A stretch of DNA of 64,000 nt from a virus (lineage: Duplodnaviria > Caudoviricetes). This document shows positions 21,235 through 31,216 of the stretch, one piece after another (position 1 is the stretch's first letter; each line of letters opens with the position of its first letter). Location of the stretch: positions 64,001 through 128,000 of the IMG/VR virus record IMGVR_UViG_3300028048_000045; one strand, written 5' to 3'. The notes below the pieces were generated by a model. The model was not told the origin of the DNA and did no database searches. It saw nothing but the letters and a program-made list of their open reading frames with translations. The translations under genes and the position numbers were made by a program.

Positions 21235-22578
21235 ATGGATAATTCAAGAAGCCTTGAAGCACTTTACCAGGATGGAACTGGTATGGTATCTCTTCCTAAA
21301 AAATCATACAAAGCTTCTATCGAAGGATATGATGGCTTTGACGATATTCTTTCTGCCGATTTAGCTAAATCTGAAGAAAATCTGGCATTCCTCGATACAT
21401 TCCAGATGATCGAAGCTAAGAATGCTGCTGACAAAATGAAGATGTGTAGAAAACTTGCTGCTAACTACGGTTCACGTTCTGGTATGCCAGCTGGTGCTGC
21501 TACATCTGTAGAATCACTTTGTAACATCATGTCACTTGAAGCTGAAGAAACAGCTGAAGCTGCTGGTATTAATACAAAAGATGAAAAAGCTAACAATCCT
21601 GAAACAACTAAAAAGAAAGGCGAATTCTTTAGAACAATTTTCAAAGCTATTAAAGATTTTTTCAAAAACATTTGGGATGTTTTTGTTGGAATGATTAGCA
21701 AAATTGGCTCATTATTTAAAAAGAAAGATGCTCCAACAGAAACAAAAACATCATCAGATACAGTTGATATGAATGTCAATGGAACATCTGATAATAAAAC
21801 TGCAACTTCTTCAGCTACGAATGGACGCGAAACAGGTTCTAAATTAAATTTAGATTATGAAATATTTGTAGATATTTCTAAATTTAATCCAGCAGGTATT
21901 AAAAACTTCTCTAGCAAATATCAGAATACTTCAAAAGCTGTAAAAACTTTCTCAGAAGGTCTTAAAAAAGCTGAACAAGCAAGTGCTGAAAAACGTAATA
22001 CTTTTATGGATAATGAAGGTAAAAAACTTATTGAAGCTATTGATGCTACTAGTTCTATTGTAGCAGGAGTTGCTGATAGACGTAAAACTCTTGGAGCTCG
22101 TGGTGATGCTAAATCTATTAAAGCTGCACTTGATGCTGCAAGTAAAGATCTTCGTTTCGAAGCAGGTTCGGATAATGCTTATACAGTTCTTCAGAGTCTT
22201 TTTGGTGTAACAGAAGATAAAAAACTCAGAGAAGCTGCAAAAAATAAACAACAGGTAGCTAAAAAATATCTTGATGAAATTGCAGATCGTAAATCTAGAA
22301 TGCAGTCATATGTAATTAAATCAATTACAGATATTCCTTCTCAGATGAAACCTTCTCACGACTTAATGGTTCAAATTTGCGATGAATATGAAGCTAATAT
22401 TAATACTTATTTAGGAAAAATTGGTTATAATGCCGCAGATCCTAATAAAGGTCAAAATAATAATGCTTCAGAATATTATACAAGTTTGACTGTATTAACA
22501 TCTGCTTTGAAGGTTTGTACTAAAATCGAACAGGTTGTTGTTAAAGCTGTTTCTTCAATGATTAAACTTGTAAAATAG
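21235..22578 (+). CDS. Inner-head protein paralog
   Basis: Start moved to the ATG at 21235 (aaggag RBS). The propeptide aligns by eye with 17105..18931 and is followed by FFRTIFKAIKDFFKNIWDVF. Confidence 0.65.
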   Translation: MDNSRSLEALYQDGTGMVSLPKKSYKASIEGYDGFDDILSADLAKSEENLAFLDTFQMIEAKNAADKMKMCRKLAANYGSRSGMPAGAATSVESLCNIMSLEAEETAEAAGINTKDEKANNPETTKKKGEFFRTIFKAIKDFFKNIWDVFVGMISKIGSLFKKKDAPTETKTSSDTVDMNVNGTSDNKTATSSATNGRETGSKLNLDYEIFVDISKFNPAGIKNFSSKYQNTSKAVKTFSEGLKKAEQASAEKRNTFMDNEGKKLIEAIDATSSIVAGVADRRKTLGARGDAKSIKAALDAASKDLRFEAGSDNAYTVLQSLFGVTEDKKLREAAKNKQQVAKKYLDEIADRKSRMQSYVIKSITDIPSQMKPSHDLMVQICDEYEANINTYLGKIGYNAADPNKGQNNNASEYYTSLTVLTSALKVCTKIEQVVVKAVSSMIKLVK

Positions 22579-22600
22579 TTTATTTTAAACAAATAAAAAA

Positions 22601-22630
22601 AAAGAAGAGGGAGTTATCTCCCTCTTCTTT
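22601..22630. terminator. Bidirectional terminator between convergent late and early blocks
   Basis: aaagaagagggag-ttat-ctccctcttcttt with an A run upstream. Confidence 0.85.
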
Positions 22631-22645
22631 TATATTGGTTTTTTT

Positions 22646-23713
22646 TTACTTAGTAGCAGAAATCATTCTACTTTCATAAGCTACTATTTCAGCCCAGTCC
22701 TTTTCAGGGAAAGTTGCTAAGAAACCAGTCTTATGGAAGAAGATTTTCTGTGTTTGAATTTCTCCAGAATCTACTGATTTATCATAGTTCTGAAGATCCA
22801 AATATAATTGATAATTAACATCCTTTAATAATTCTCTATTTATTATTGGATATACTTCACTATCAGTTGTAGCTACCTGCCACCAACCAGGATTAGTAGC
22901 CGGTTCTATAATGTAGTGAACCCTTTCAGGATCAAATAATATACTTGGTACATATTTGTCAAGAATCAATGTACCACAAAATGCTTTCTCTTCAAGTTCA
23001 CCTACATGATTTTCTTCATAAGATTTTTTCAAATTCTTATAAGTACTTATCATTCCTTTGAAAATTGCTCTTACAAAATCAACAGCTTTCATAAAAGCAT
23101 CCATTTGTAGTATTGGATCTTTAGGATCAACATTCATCCAATTGATGGATAATGCGAGTGGATTCTGCATTTTAGAATATCCACCATTGAAAGTAGGATT
23201 ACTCTTTATTGATCCAAAATTATCATTCGTATCAAGAAGCATAAAGAAATCTCTATCAACTCTTGATGTAAATTCTTTACCAATTAATTTTGGCCCTATA
23301 ACAAGCCATAATTTTGATGAAGCTGTGTAAGGCTGTTCGATTCGTTTTCTTTCTACAAACGAATGTTCATTAAAACCATCATTTATAGGATTACGAACAA
23401 CCAATTGATCATGATGATCGAAGACTCCACCACCAATATCACCAACGATGTATTTTTTATTTTTAGCTTCTAACTCAGAAATTGTCTTGTCTACATCATT
23501 TCTTGAAACTCTAATAATTTCCGGAATTGTTGTAATTCCCATTTCATTACGAGCTTCAATTATCTCAGCAACGAATGTTACATCATCAAGGTGAAATGAA
23601 CCACCATGAACAATGATTGCATCCAATTCTTTTAAATCTTTCATTGAAATGGAAGATTTAATTTTTTGAATTTCTACTGCATTTTCTTCATCAAATAAAA
23701 ATTCTTTAGCCAT
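22646..23713 (-). CDS. MYG1-family (DHH-like) exonuclease/hydrolase
   Basis: HGGSFHLDD and DIGGGVFDHH motifs match the MYG1 HxGxFHxDE and DVGG..DHH signatures. Confidence 0.75.
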   Translation of the reverse strand: MAKEFLFDEENAVEIQKIKSSISMKDLKELDAIIVHGGSFHLDDVTFVAEIIEARNEMGITTIPEIIRVSRNDVDKTISELEAKNKKYIVGDIGGGVFDHHDQLVVRNPINDGFNEHSFVERKRIEQPYTASSKLWLVIGPKLIGKEFTSRVDRDFFMLLDTNDNFGSIKSNPTFNGGYSKMQNPLALSINWMNVDPKDPILQMDAFMKAVDFVRAIFKGMISTYKNLKKSYEENHVGELEEKAFCGTLILDKYVPSILFDPERVHYIIEPATNPGWWQVATTDSEVYPIINRELLKDVNYQLYLDLQNYDKSVDSGEIQTQKIFFHKTGFLATFPEKDWAEIVAYESRMISATK

Positions 23714-23749
23714 TTTTCTTACCCCCTGGCTTTTAAATTTATTATAAAT

Positions 23750-23760
23750 ATAATATATAA
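23750..23760 (-). promoter_or_regulatory. Early-type promoter motif TTATATATTAT
   Basis: The same 11-mer TT(A/G)TATATTA(T/C) recurs upstream of minus-strand genes at 24592, 25896, 29574, 30788, 31157, 45168, 48717, 49573, 49996, 53982 and 54416. Confidence 0.6.
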
Positions 23761-23816
23761 ATTAACATATTTAATAAACAAAAAAGAAAGGGATAACAAA
23801 TATCCCTTTCTTAAAT

Positions 23817-24554
23817 TTATTGTAAACTATATACAATGAAGATAGTTTTAGTTTTAGTATCTTCAATTGCACCATATTTACAACAATATTTTGTAATACT
23901 TTTATCATTTTTTATAGATGAATTGAAATAATTTTCAAAATCTGATAAAGTTCCATTTTTATCAACATTTGAAAAATGAATTGATGGTATTTCGAATGCG
24001 TATAATTCTCCATTTTCATCTGGAAAACAATTTAAATATTCTAACACAGTTCGATACTTTTTAATTTCTCTTTTATTCGGATAAATTATATCTTCACATT
24101 TATCCAAATTATTTAGTATTTTATAAGCATCTTTTGTTATATTTACACATGTATATACGCATTGATTTCCATCATTGATTGAATTTATCCGATCCATAAT
24201 TCTTTGATAATCATTTTTGTACAATTTTTTCAAAGTTTTTTCTTCAAGGACAATGAATCTATCAGACACATCAGTTGTGAGAGAATTATTTTCATGATCG
24301 ATAATATTCATAACTATTCTTCTAACATAACCAGTTGTCTCTTCGAGTCCGGTATTTTTAATTCTTGGATAATTACCTTCTGATCCGTTTAATCTGTATT
24401 TTAATTTAGATAATCCATAATCTTCCATATTCTTTTTATATGAAAGTTGTATTAAATCTGAGCCAATAGCAAGCTTTCCACTACTTATCACAATTTCTTC
24501 CAATTCAGATTTAGTAAAAACTATCTGATTAGGACCTGGTTCCAATTTAGTCAT
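23817..24554 (-). CDS. Hypothetical early protein
   Basis: Start moved to 24554 (gaggaggt RBS); the ATG at 24587 is too close to the promoter motif. Confidence 0.55.
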   Translation of the reverse strand: MTKLEPGPNQIVFTKSELEEIVISSGKLAIGSDLIQLSYKKNMEDYGLSKLKYRLNGSEGNYPRIKNTGLEETTGYVRRIVMNIIDHENNSLTTDVSDRFIVLEEKTLKKLYKNDYQRIMDRINSINDGNQCVYTCVNITKDAYKILNNLDKCEDIIYPNKREIKKYRTVLEYLNCFPDENGELYAFEIPSIHFSNVDKNGTLSDFENYFNSSIKNDKSITKYCCKYGAIEDTKTKTIFIVYSLQ

Positions 24555-24600
24555 ATTACTTACCTCCTCATACGACTTATTTGTCATAAATATAATATAT

Positions 24601-24630
24601 AAAAAAGAGAGGATTTATATCCTCTCTTTT
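24601..24630 (-). terminator. Intrinsic terminator, identical to the one at 48730..48758
   Basis: aaaaaagagagga-ttta-tatcctctcttt. Confidence 0.8.
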
Positions 24631-24634
24631 TAAA

Positions 24635-25258
24635 TTATGCTTGTTTCTTTAAGATTTCAATTCCGGCATTCTCTATGAATTTATCCATGAGAATACCACA
24701 ATTGATATCTACTTTTTCATTACCTTCATCTCCAGAATGGCCAGGAACATGAAGCCAATAAATTTTTCGTTCAGAATTTAATTCATAAAGAGCTTGCCAT
24801 AATTCGACATTTTTAACTGGTTCAGACTGTCCGTCTTTATTAATTTTCATCCAGTTATTTTTAACCCATTTCTTAGTCCAGAATAAAATTCCAAATCTTA
24901 CATAATCAGAATCAAGATAAATAGTTACCCATTTATCTTTAGGAACACCATTGTTATTTAGGTATTCAATAGCTCTAATAGCAGCCATTAATTCCATCTG
25001 ATTATTGGTTGCATTATCTTCAGCTTTTCCATGAACTTCATTTGTTTCAGTATCATAGAAAGACCATGCACCAATGTAACGTTTTCCATCAGGAGTATTC
25101 AAAATACGAGAACCACCATCAGTATATAAAACTTTAACAGATTCTTCATTAGGTTTAAATTCCCTACGAGGCGACTGATTAGTTGTCTCACTTGCGTACT
25201 TCTGATTGTCATTAGGAGTCCATTTAAATTCGGATCCAAAATTATCAATTGTTTCCAT
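24635..25258 (-). CDS. rnhA: Ribonuclease HI
   Basis: YTDGG, TNNQMELMA, DSDYV, KNVELW and HVPGHSG..GNEKVD catalytic motifs. Confidence 0.92.
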   Translation of the reverse strand: METIDNFGSEFKWTPNDNQKYASETTNQSPRREFKPNEESVKVLYTDGGSRILNTPDGKRYIGAWSFYDTETNEVHGKAEDNATNNQMELMAAIRAIEYLNNNGVPKDKWVTIYLDSDYVRFGILFWTKKWVKNNWMKINKDGQSEPVKNVELWQALYELNSERKIYWLHVPGHSGDEGNEKVDINCGILMDKFIENAGIEILKKQA

Positions 25259-25745
25259 AAGCTATTTCTTCCTTAGTTTCATCTTTTGATAAAACTGTTC
25301 TATTTGTAGGATTGTAGATTTTTAATCCTGTAGGTACATCTTCCTTAACTTCTACAACATAGCCATTTTCGTTTATGTATTCACCAACTTTGACTAATTG
25401 AATTTTCGGACGTTGAGTGCCATCTGGATTCAATCCTAATTTACGCATTGTAGCCGGAGACTGCTTATAAATAGGATTGTTTTTATCAAATTTCTTTTCT
25501 TCAGGTTTTTCATCATTTGTAGATTCTGTATAATCTGAAGATCTGAAATTTGTTTGTGCTTTTTCGTAAAAATCATGTTCATTAATAAAAGCTCGTAAAC
25601 GATTATTTTCATTTACAGTTTCATCATATTCACGCTTTACTTCTTTAACTACATAGCCTATACAACCAATTGTAGTTAAGCCACCGATCCCAATCAAACA
25701 GCCTTTAATAATTTTTCCAGCTTTTGATTTTTTTCCGTTGTCCAT
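25245..25745 (-). CDS. Hypothetical protein with an N-terminal membrane anchor
   Basis: Basic N-terminus followed by GCLIGIGGLTTIGCIGYVV; ggagg RBS. Confidence 0.5.
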   Translation of the reverse strand: MDNGKKSKAGKIIKGCLIGIGGLTTIGCIGYVVKEVKREYDETVNENNRLRAFINEHDFYEKAQTNFRSSDYTESTNDEKPEEKKFDKNNPIYKQSPATMRKLGLNPDGTQRPKIQLVKVGEYINENGYVVEVKEDVPTGLKIYNPTNRTVLSKDETKEEIAYGNN

Positions 25746-25869
25746 TTTTTCCTCCTTTATTATTGAACTTTGGAACTAATCCATCTTTATCACATTCATA
25801 ATTTTTAATATGATCTAACGGATTAAATAGTTTGGTAATAATACGATTAAATATTTGTTTTATTTTCAT
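25705..25869 (-). CDS. Small hypothetical early protein (54 aa)
   Basis: ATG at 25869 with ggaggg RBS, just below the early motif at 25896. Confidence 0.45.
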   Translation of the reverse strand: MKIKQIFNRIITKLFNPLDHIKNYECDKDGLVPKFNNKGGKNGQRKKIKSWKNY

Positions 25870-25980
25870 ATCATTGCCCTCCTTGATGTATAAAAATAAT
25901 ATATAAAGAAGAAAAAAATAAAGATGTATGGTTTTACAACCACACACCTTTACTTCCGGAACTAAAGATTTCGTGTAAGA

Positions 25981-26373
25981 TTACTTCTTATCAGAAAGAT
26001 CTACAACGTTGCTGATTGTGTCATAAACACATTTTGATGCAACAACACCAGTTACACCTTTAAGAGCAACCTTACCAATTGTCTTGAAAACGCTGGCTGT
26101 TTTATCTTTCTTAGAAACATCACTTTTACGGCAAGTTTCGATTGACTTAACAATATCGTGACCTGCGCTGAAACCTGAACAGAATGCTGGAATTTCACTG
26201 ATAATTCCTGCAACAAGTTTCTTACCATTGATATACTTGTAGCCCCATTCACCATACTGAGATGGCTTTTCTTCTTTTGCTACGATTGGCTGAATTACCA
26301 CTGTTTTCTGTGCTACTGCCTTTGGCTGCTGTGTGTTCTTTGCTTCTTTTGAATTTTTCTTACCGAGACTCAT
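25981..26373 (-). CDS. Lys-rich hypothetical protein
   Basis: Start moved to 26373 (gaggagg RBS); high-expression codon usage. Confidence 0.55.
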   Translation of the reverse strand: MSLGKKNSKEAKNTQQPKAVAQKTVVIQPIVAKEEKPSQYGEWGYKYINGKKLVAGIISEIPAFCSGFSAGHDIVKSIETCRKSDVSKKDKTASVFKTIGKVALKGVTGVVASKCVYDTISNVVDLSDKK

Positions 26374-26374
26374 A

Positions 26375-26959
26375 TTAGTCTTCCTCCTCGTTGTTACTTT
26401 CGTCTGATGATATATTTTCCTTTTCATCAGAATTAATTTTTTCTAACCTGTCATCAAAATTAGATGGACGTATCGCATTTGCCGACGGCATATCATCTTC
26501 GAATACGTAAATCTTATATTTGAGACCCAACTTATTAAGCAATACTCTGAATCTATTCAGAGAAAGCTGACCATTTGGAGATTTTTCAATAGCTCTTCGC
26601 ATATTATTCATATCCGAATCATTATCGAATAATTTCCTAAAAGCATTTTTGGTAAAACCTTTATACAATTCCTTGATAATAATCAATGTGGAATCATCTC
26701 CAGGTTTTACCTCCAAATCTAATTCATCAGAATCATCTACTTCTTTTGCAGGTTTCTCGATATCTTTCATTCGATTTAACCTTTCAAGATCGACTCTTCT
26801 TATATACAAAAGACCATCCATACTGTAAAGACAGTTTGAATTAGGTACCTCATGTATTGTTTTCACTTGTCCTATGTATTTGTAGAAACCATTTGGTCCA
26901 AGTCTAAGATAATCATCCTTTCGAATAACTATCTCATTGGTTTCAGATATGTATTCCAA
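26375..26959 (-). CDS. Hypothetical protein (possible DNA-binding C-terminal domain)
   Basis: 194-aa ORF in an operon with the helicase; ggaggt RBS. Confidence 0.45.
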   Translation of the reverse strand: MEYISETNEIVIRKDDYLRLGPNGFYKYIGQVKTIHEVPNSNCLYSMDGLLYIRRVDLERLNRMKDIEKPAKEVDDSDELDLEVKPGDDSTLIIIKELYKGFTKNAFRKLFDNDSDMNNMRRAIEKSPNGQLSLNRFRVLLNKLGLKYKIYVFEDDMPSANAIRPSNFDDRLEKINSDEKENISSDESNNEEED

Positions 26960-26963
26960 AACA

Positions 26964-27620
26964 TTATACCTCCTCTTGTAGCATAAAATGATTCATTAAT
27001 TGTATAGATAATTCATACAAGTTTTCAAGATTTTTTATCAATATTGAACCGAGAGACATGAATTCCGTAAGACTACATGTTCCTAAAACACCTTGCTGGC
27101 ATTTGAAAATTACGCCAGGATATCCGATATTATTTAAGGAATCTGTTATTACATACGGTTGGATAGATAGGAAACTTCCTGTATATCCACTACTACAATT
27201 CATAACTACCGATAACTCATTGTATTTTTCTGATACTCTATAAGGAATATTATCCTCATATTGAAATAAATCATTTTTTATATCTGAAGTAAACCACGAA
27301 CTTGCAGTTGCAAATATTCGTTTTATTTCAGAAACATCACTATAAGTTAGATATACTGATGGTGGAATTCGTTTAATATCATCTTTACTAAATGAAACAC
27401 CTTTTAAGATTATTGAATCTTTAGTATTTCGAAAAGCTACTGATTTAAATCCGATGATCCCACCTTTAGATTTTGTCGAAACAAAATCTTTTTTATACGG
27501 AACATTCTTTTCACCTGAAACCTTAGAAGGTTCGAACAGATTGACTCGATGTTCTAAACCAATACTACCAAAGTTGGCTATTGGTCTATACAAGCTGTCA
27601 ATGTTTAATTTGTTTTTCAT
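26964..27620 (-). CDS. Hypothetical protein
   Basis: 218-aa ORF with gaggt RBS, downstream of the helicase. Confidence 0.5.
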   Translation of the reverse strand: MKNKLNIDSLYRPIANFGSIGLEHRVNLFEPSKVSGEKNVPYKKDFVSTKSKGGIIGFKSVAFRNTKDSIILKGVSFSKDDIKRIPPSVYLTYSDVSEIKRIFATASSWFTSDIKNDLFQYEDNIPYRVSEKYNELSVVMNCSSGYTGSFLSIQPYVITDSLNNIGYPGVIFKCQQGVLGTCSLTEFMSLGSILIKNLENLYELSIQLMNHFMLQEEV

Positions 27621-27658
27621 TTGACAACCTCATATCATTATCAGAATATATAAGGAAA

Positions 27659-29227
27659 TTATTTTCTAATATAATTGATAACATCCTGATAACTTATTTT
27701 TATTTCTTCTTCGGATTTTGTTTTTTGTCTAAATACATGAATACGTTTAACTCTTTGAGAATACATTGTTTTAAAACCAGTATCGATGAAATCATAATGA
27801 AATAATTCTTTGGTTTTAGATTCTCTTAAACGTCCAATCATCTGATTAGAAATTATAATAGAACTATAAGGTACGAATGATAATGTTGCTACTAGATCTG
27901 AAACATCCAGACCTACGCCTCCAGAACCAATAGTAGTAAAAATAATATTATTTCGAATTTCATATCGTTTTTTATTTTTATTTACTAAACCTGTATAATT
28001 TCCAAAACTTATATCAGAATCTTTATAAAGATTTTCAAGCATTTCTTTAAAAGTTTTAATATGCTCATTCTTTGCTAAATATATTAAAATCTTTCCATCT
28101 GGTTCTTTATCAAGACATTCATCTATAACCATTTTAATCATACCTAGTAAATACAAACGACGTTTATCATTATTAAAAATATAATTCCAATAGTTTATAG
28201 CTGACAAACCTTTATAAGTCATACAAGATTGTATTTCATAATCAGTCGGATATGTATTATAATCAATTAATCTTAAATTGATATCATTTCTAATTGTTTG
28301 TGTTTTTTGACCATAAATTGGAATCTTATTCATAGTACGTCTAAAAACTCTACTTTCACCATTATCAGTTCTAGTAGGAGTTGCTGTTAGATACCAAGTA
28401 TTCTCACAATTTATAGCCATATTTATTTTTACATTTTGTACCCAATGCATATGGAATTCATCGAAACAAACAATACCAATACTTAATTCATCGCAAAGTT
28501 TATTTAAACCATCCATTCCATAAACATCTATGTATCTTGCTAAAGATGATGAAGTTGTTATATAAAATGCTTCAATGTTTTTAGAATAATCTCTTTGAGC
28601 TAATTTGTGAAGATTATCTGTACCTTTAACCATTTTAATCATATGGTTTTCGATTGTACAATCGTAATTTGTATATTCAATAATCTTTTCACACCACTGA
28701 TCACCTAATGTTTCTGAAATGATTAACATAGGAACTTTAAGTCTATATGCCGCTGAAATAGCACAAAATGTTTTACCAATACCTGTGGCGAGGGCTAAGA
28801 TTTTAGAATGAAATAATTTTTTAGTGGTTAAAAATTCGATGCCTTCAGCCTGATATTTGTCCTTTATTTGGTATTTTGGGTCCAAATTGAAGGCTATTTC
28901 ACGTGGTCTAATTATCTGTGATGTAAAATCGTGAATTTCCCACTGAGCGTTGACTTCGTACAATTTCTCTTCAATATAATCATCACCTACACCAATTGGA
29001 AGATATAAGGTTTTCTTTTCTTTATCATATAATTCAAGTTTATCTTTTTTAATAGTTCGTAAACCTATTTTAGGTAACATAACCTTTTCAAATACACAAA
29101 ATGAATCATCTAAGTTAGGAGCTGTACCAGATTTAGTTCTAGTTTCTTTATCCCATTTACATTTCTCATAAGGTGATAATTCATATCGGTTATGAAATTT
29201 CTTTATAATAACTTTTGACTCGAACAC
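27659..29227 (-). CDS. Superfamily 2 (DExH) DNA helicase, UvsW/Rad25-like
   Basis: Walker A LATGIGKT, DEFH, TATP, GLD and QMIGRLR motifs; GTG start with ggaggt RBS. Confidence 0.9.
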   Translation of the reverse strand: MFESKVIIKKFHNRYELSPYEKCKWDKETRTKSGTAPNLDDSFCVFEKVMLPKIGLRTIKKDKLELYDKEKKTLYLPIGVGDDYIEEKLYEVNAQWEIHDFTSQIIRPREIAFNLDPKYQIKDKYQAEGIEFLTTKKLFHSKILALATGIGKTFCAISAAYRLKVPMLIISETLGDQWCEKIIEYTNYDCTIENHMIKMVKGTDNLHKLAQRDYSKNIEAFYITTSSSLARYIDVYGMDGLNKLCDELSIGIVCFDEFHMHWVQNVKINMAINCENTWYLTATPTRTDNGESRVFRRTMNKIPIYGQKTQTIRNDINLRLIDYNTYPTDYEIQSCMTYKGLSAINYWNYIFNNDKRRLYLLGMIKMVIDECLDKEPDGKILIYLAKNEHIKTFKEMLENLYKDSDISFGNYTGLVNKNKKRYEIRNNIIFTTIGSGGVGLDVSDLVATLSFVPYSSIIISNQMIGRLRESKTKELFHYDFIDTGFKTMYSQRVKRIHVFRQKTKSEEEIKISYQDVINYIRK

Positions 29228-29343
29228 AATTCGAACCTCCGGATGTATATTATATAATTCTATAATTTTTAAAAAAATAAAAAAAAAAGAAGGAGAGCTT
29301 TCGCCCTCCTTCCATCGTGAATTTTTAACAGCTCTAAAAATGA

Positions 29344-29529
29344 TTACTCATCAGAGCTGTTTTTGTTGATGTTAACATCAACAGTAGCTTTAGCAGCCTT
29401 TTTAGCAGCGACCTTCTTTTTGATAGCAGGTACTACCAATTTTTCTGTTGCGAGTGTTCCTGCAACACCAATGCCTACGCCGGCAGCGACCTTAATTACG
29501 TCGCTCTTCTTAATTTTATTCATAGCCAT
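29344..29529 (-). CDS. Small Lys/Ala-rich membrane-anchored peptide
   Basis: ATG at 29529 with ggaggt RBS; VAAGVGIGVAGTLA hydrophobic segment; own promoter (29574) and terminator (about 29289-29312). Confidence 0.6.
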   Translation of the reverse strand: MAMNKIKKSDVIKVAAGVGIGVAGTLATEKLVVPAIKKKVAAKKAAKATVDVNINKNSSDE

Positions 29530-29655
29530 AACTTTACCTCCATGGACTATCATTTACCTTAATTATTATAAATATAATATATAATTATTTAATAGTTAAT
29601 TTAACAAATTAAAAAAAAGGAGAAATGGCTTCCATTCCATTTCTCCCACCCTTTT

Positions 29656-30165
29656 TTATTCTTCACCGAGATATAAATCGGCGAAGTTACATCTCTTGAG
29701 AATGTTGGCATTTCCCTCGCTGTCTCTTAAGATGTTGCCTTTTTCATCAGTTTCCACAAGATATGTGAAACCATCAGAGCCTTTGGCATAGGCCCAGTGA
29801 TATACAATATCACCAATCTTAATCTCGACATGCATTCTTATGCAGTCAAGGATTTCAAATGCCTCTTTAATATCACAATCGACATCTAAAAGAGACATAT
29901 TACCTTCTTTGGAATATTCTATTCCATAAGAAGTAGTGGCTTTTTCAACCACATTGAATTCCTCATCGACATATGTTGTCATATTAACATATGTTGTTTT
30001 TCCTGTGACAGAATCTATTAACCAGAATCCATCTCCACCACAGGCAGCTTCAATTTTTCTAGTAGTAGAAATATTTTTAATTTCCACTACACCAACAACG
30101 ATTACTGTAATAAACAATACTACAGTAGCGACCATTAATAATTTAACTGAAGATTTTTTATTCAT
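29656..30165 (-). CDS. Hypothetical membrane-anchored protein
   Basis: N-terminal transmembrane segment LLMVATVVLFITVIVVGVV; gggagg RBS. Confidence 0.55.
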   Translation of the reverse strand: MNKKSSVKLLMVATVVLFITVIVVGVVEIKNISTTRKIEAACGGDGFWLIDSVTGKTTYVNMTTYVDEEFNVVEKATTSYGIEYSKEGNMSLLDVDCDIKEAFEILDCIRMHVEIKIGDIVYHWAYAKGSDGFTYLVETDEKGNILRDSEGNANILKRCNFADLYLGEE

Positions 30166-30752
30166 TTTTTTCCTCCCTTAATAAATTCTTCAATTTTATC
30201 CTTCTCTTCAAATTCGAGTGGATCTTCTCCCAAGTATTTTCCGTAAAGAATACTTAAGACTGATAACTTTCTTGGAACGGAGAGTTTCAAGAAAGAAGGT
30301 GACACATTTTCACACCATTTACACAAATTTGTGTTAGTGGTTAATGGATCATCTTCAATAATTGCTGGAGCTGTAGTACATTTAGCAAGAGTCTCCAGAT
30401 CTTTTACACTTTCTATAATTTCGTTTTCGAAACTATATAGAGTGTGTGCTGCTCTACAAGCATACGTTGTATTCTTATAGAGGTCCTTGAGTTTTTCAAT
30501 CTTCTTCCTCCTGAAGAAGATGAAAGCATCTCGTTTTAGTGGCTTAAATTTAAACCACCATTTTGAAAGATTAGTTTCTTCAATATAAAGTTTGAGAAAC
30601 CAATCTTTTTGGATTTCATTAAACTCGGCTACTAATGCTCTGAGTTTCTGAGCGTCTTCACCATAGTTAATGTCAATTTCTGAAGGCCCTTCTTTAAAGA
30701 AATCACCTTCAGAAATCATTTTGAAAAAGTGCCATCTTTGGATATTAAGCAT
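30162..30752 (-). CDS. Hypothetical early protein
   Basis: 196 aa; aaggag RBS; early motif at 30788. Confidence 0.55.
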   Translation of the reverse strand: MLNIQRWHFFKMISEGDFFKEGPSEIDINYGEDAQKLRALVAEFNEIQKDWFLKLYIEETNLSKWWFKFKPLKRDAFIFFRRKKIEKLKDLYKNTTYACRAAHTLYSFENEIIESVKDLETLAKCTTAPAIIEDDPLTTNTNLCKWCENVSPSFLKLSVPRKLSVLSILYGKYLGEDPLEFEEKDKIEEFIKGGKK

Positions 30753-30857
30753 AGTAATAATCTCCTTCTAAACTCTTTCTTACAAATATAATATACAAAT
30801 TAAACGATTTGTTTACAAAAAAAGAAGAGGGAAATCCCTCTTCTTTTTTTCATTTAG

Positions 30858-31137
30858 TTACATGATATTATCAACCATATCACATAACCAGTCACCGTAT
30901 TCATTTACGGTAACATTTGATTCCGGAGGATCTAATTTACAAGCTGTTCCACCATACATAGAAAGATGATTATTACGTTCAATTTTAATTGAGTCGTATA
31001 CAATACCATCTTGTTCTACGTTTTCTCTAGAAACAACTTTTGTTCCAGGTTTGTTTTTTAACATAATCGATCAAATCTGTAACAAAATCATCATCAAATC
31101 CTTCATTAAGATATGCTGTTAAAATGTTCGTAGCCAT
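30858..31137 (-). pseudogene. Small early gene split by a +1 frame offset at an A6 run
   Basis: The ATG at 31137 (ggaggt RBS) gives 36 aa and then TAG. Removing one A at 31054-31059 fuses it in frame to ORF 30858..31064. Confidence 0.45.
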
Positions 31138-31216
31138 TTTACTTACCTCCATAATTATAATATATAAGTGAAATAAAAAAATAACCCACCAGGAATATTC
31201 CTGGTGAGCTAATAGA

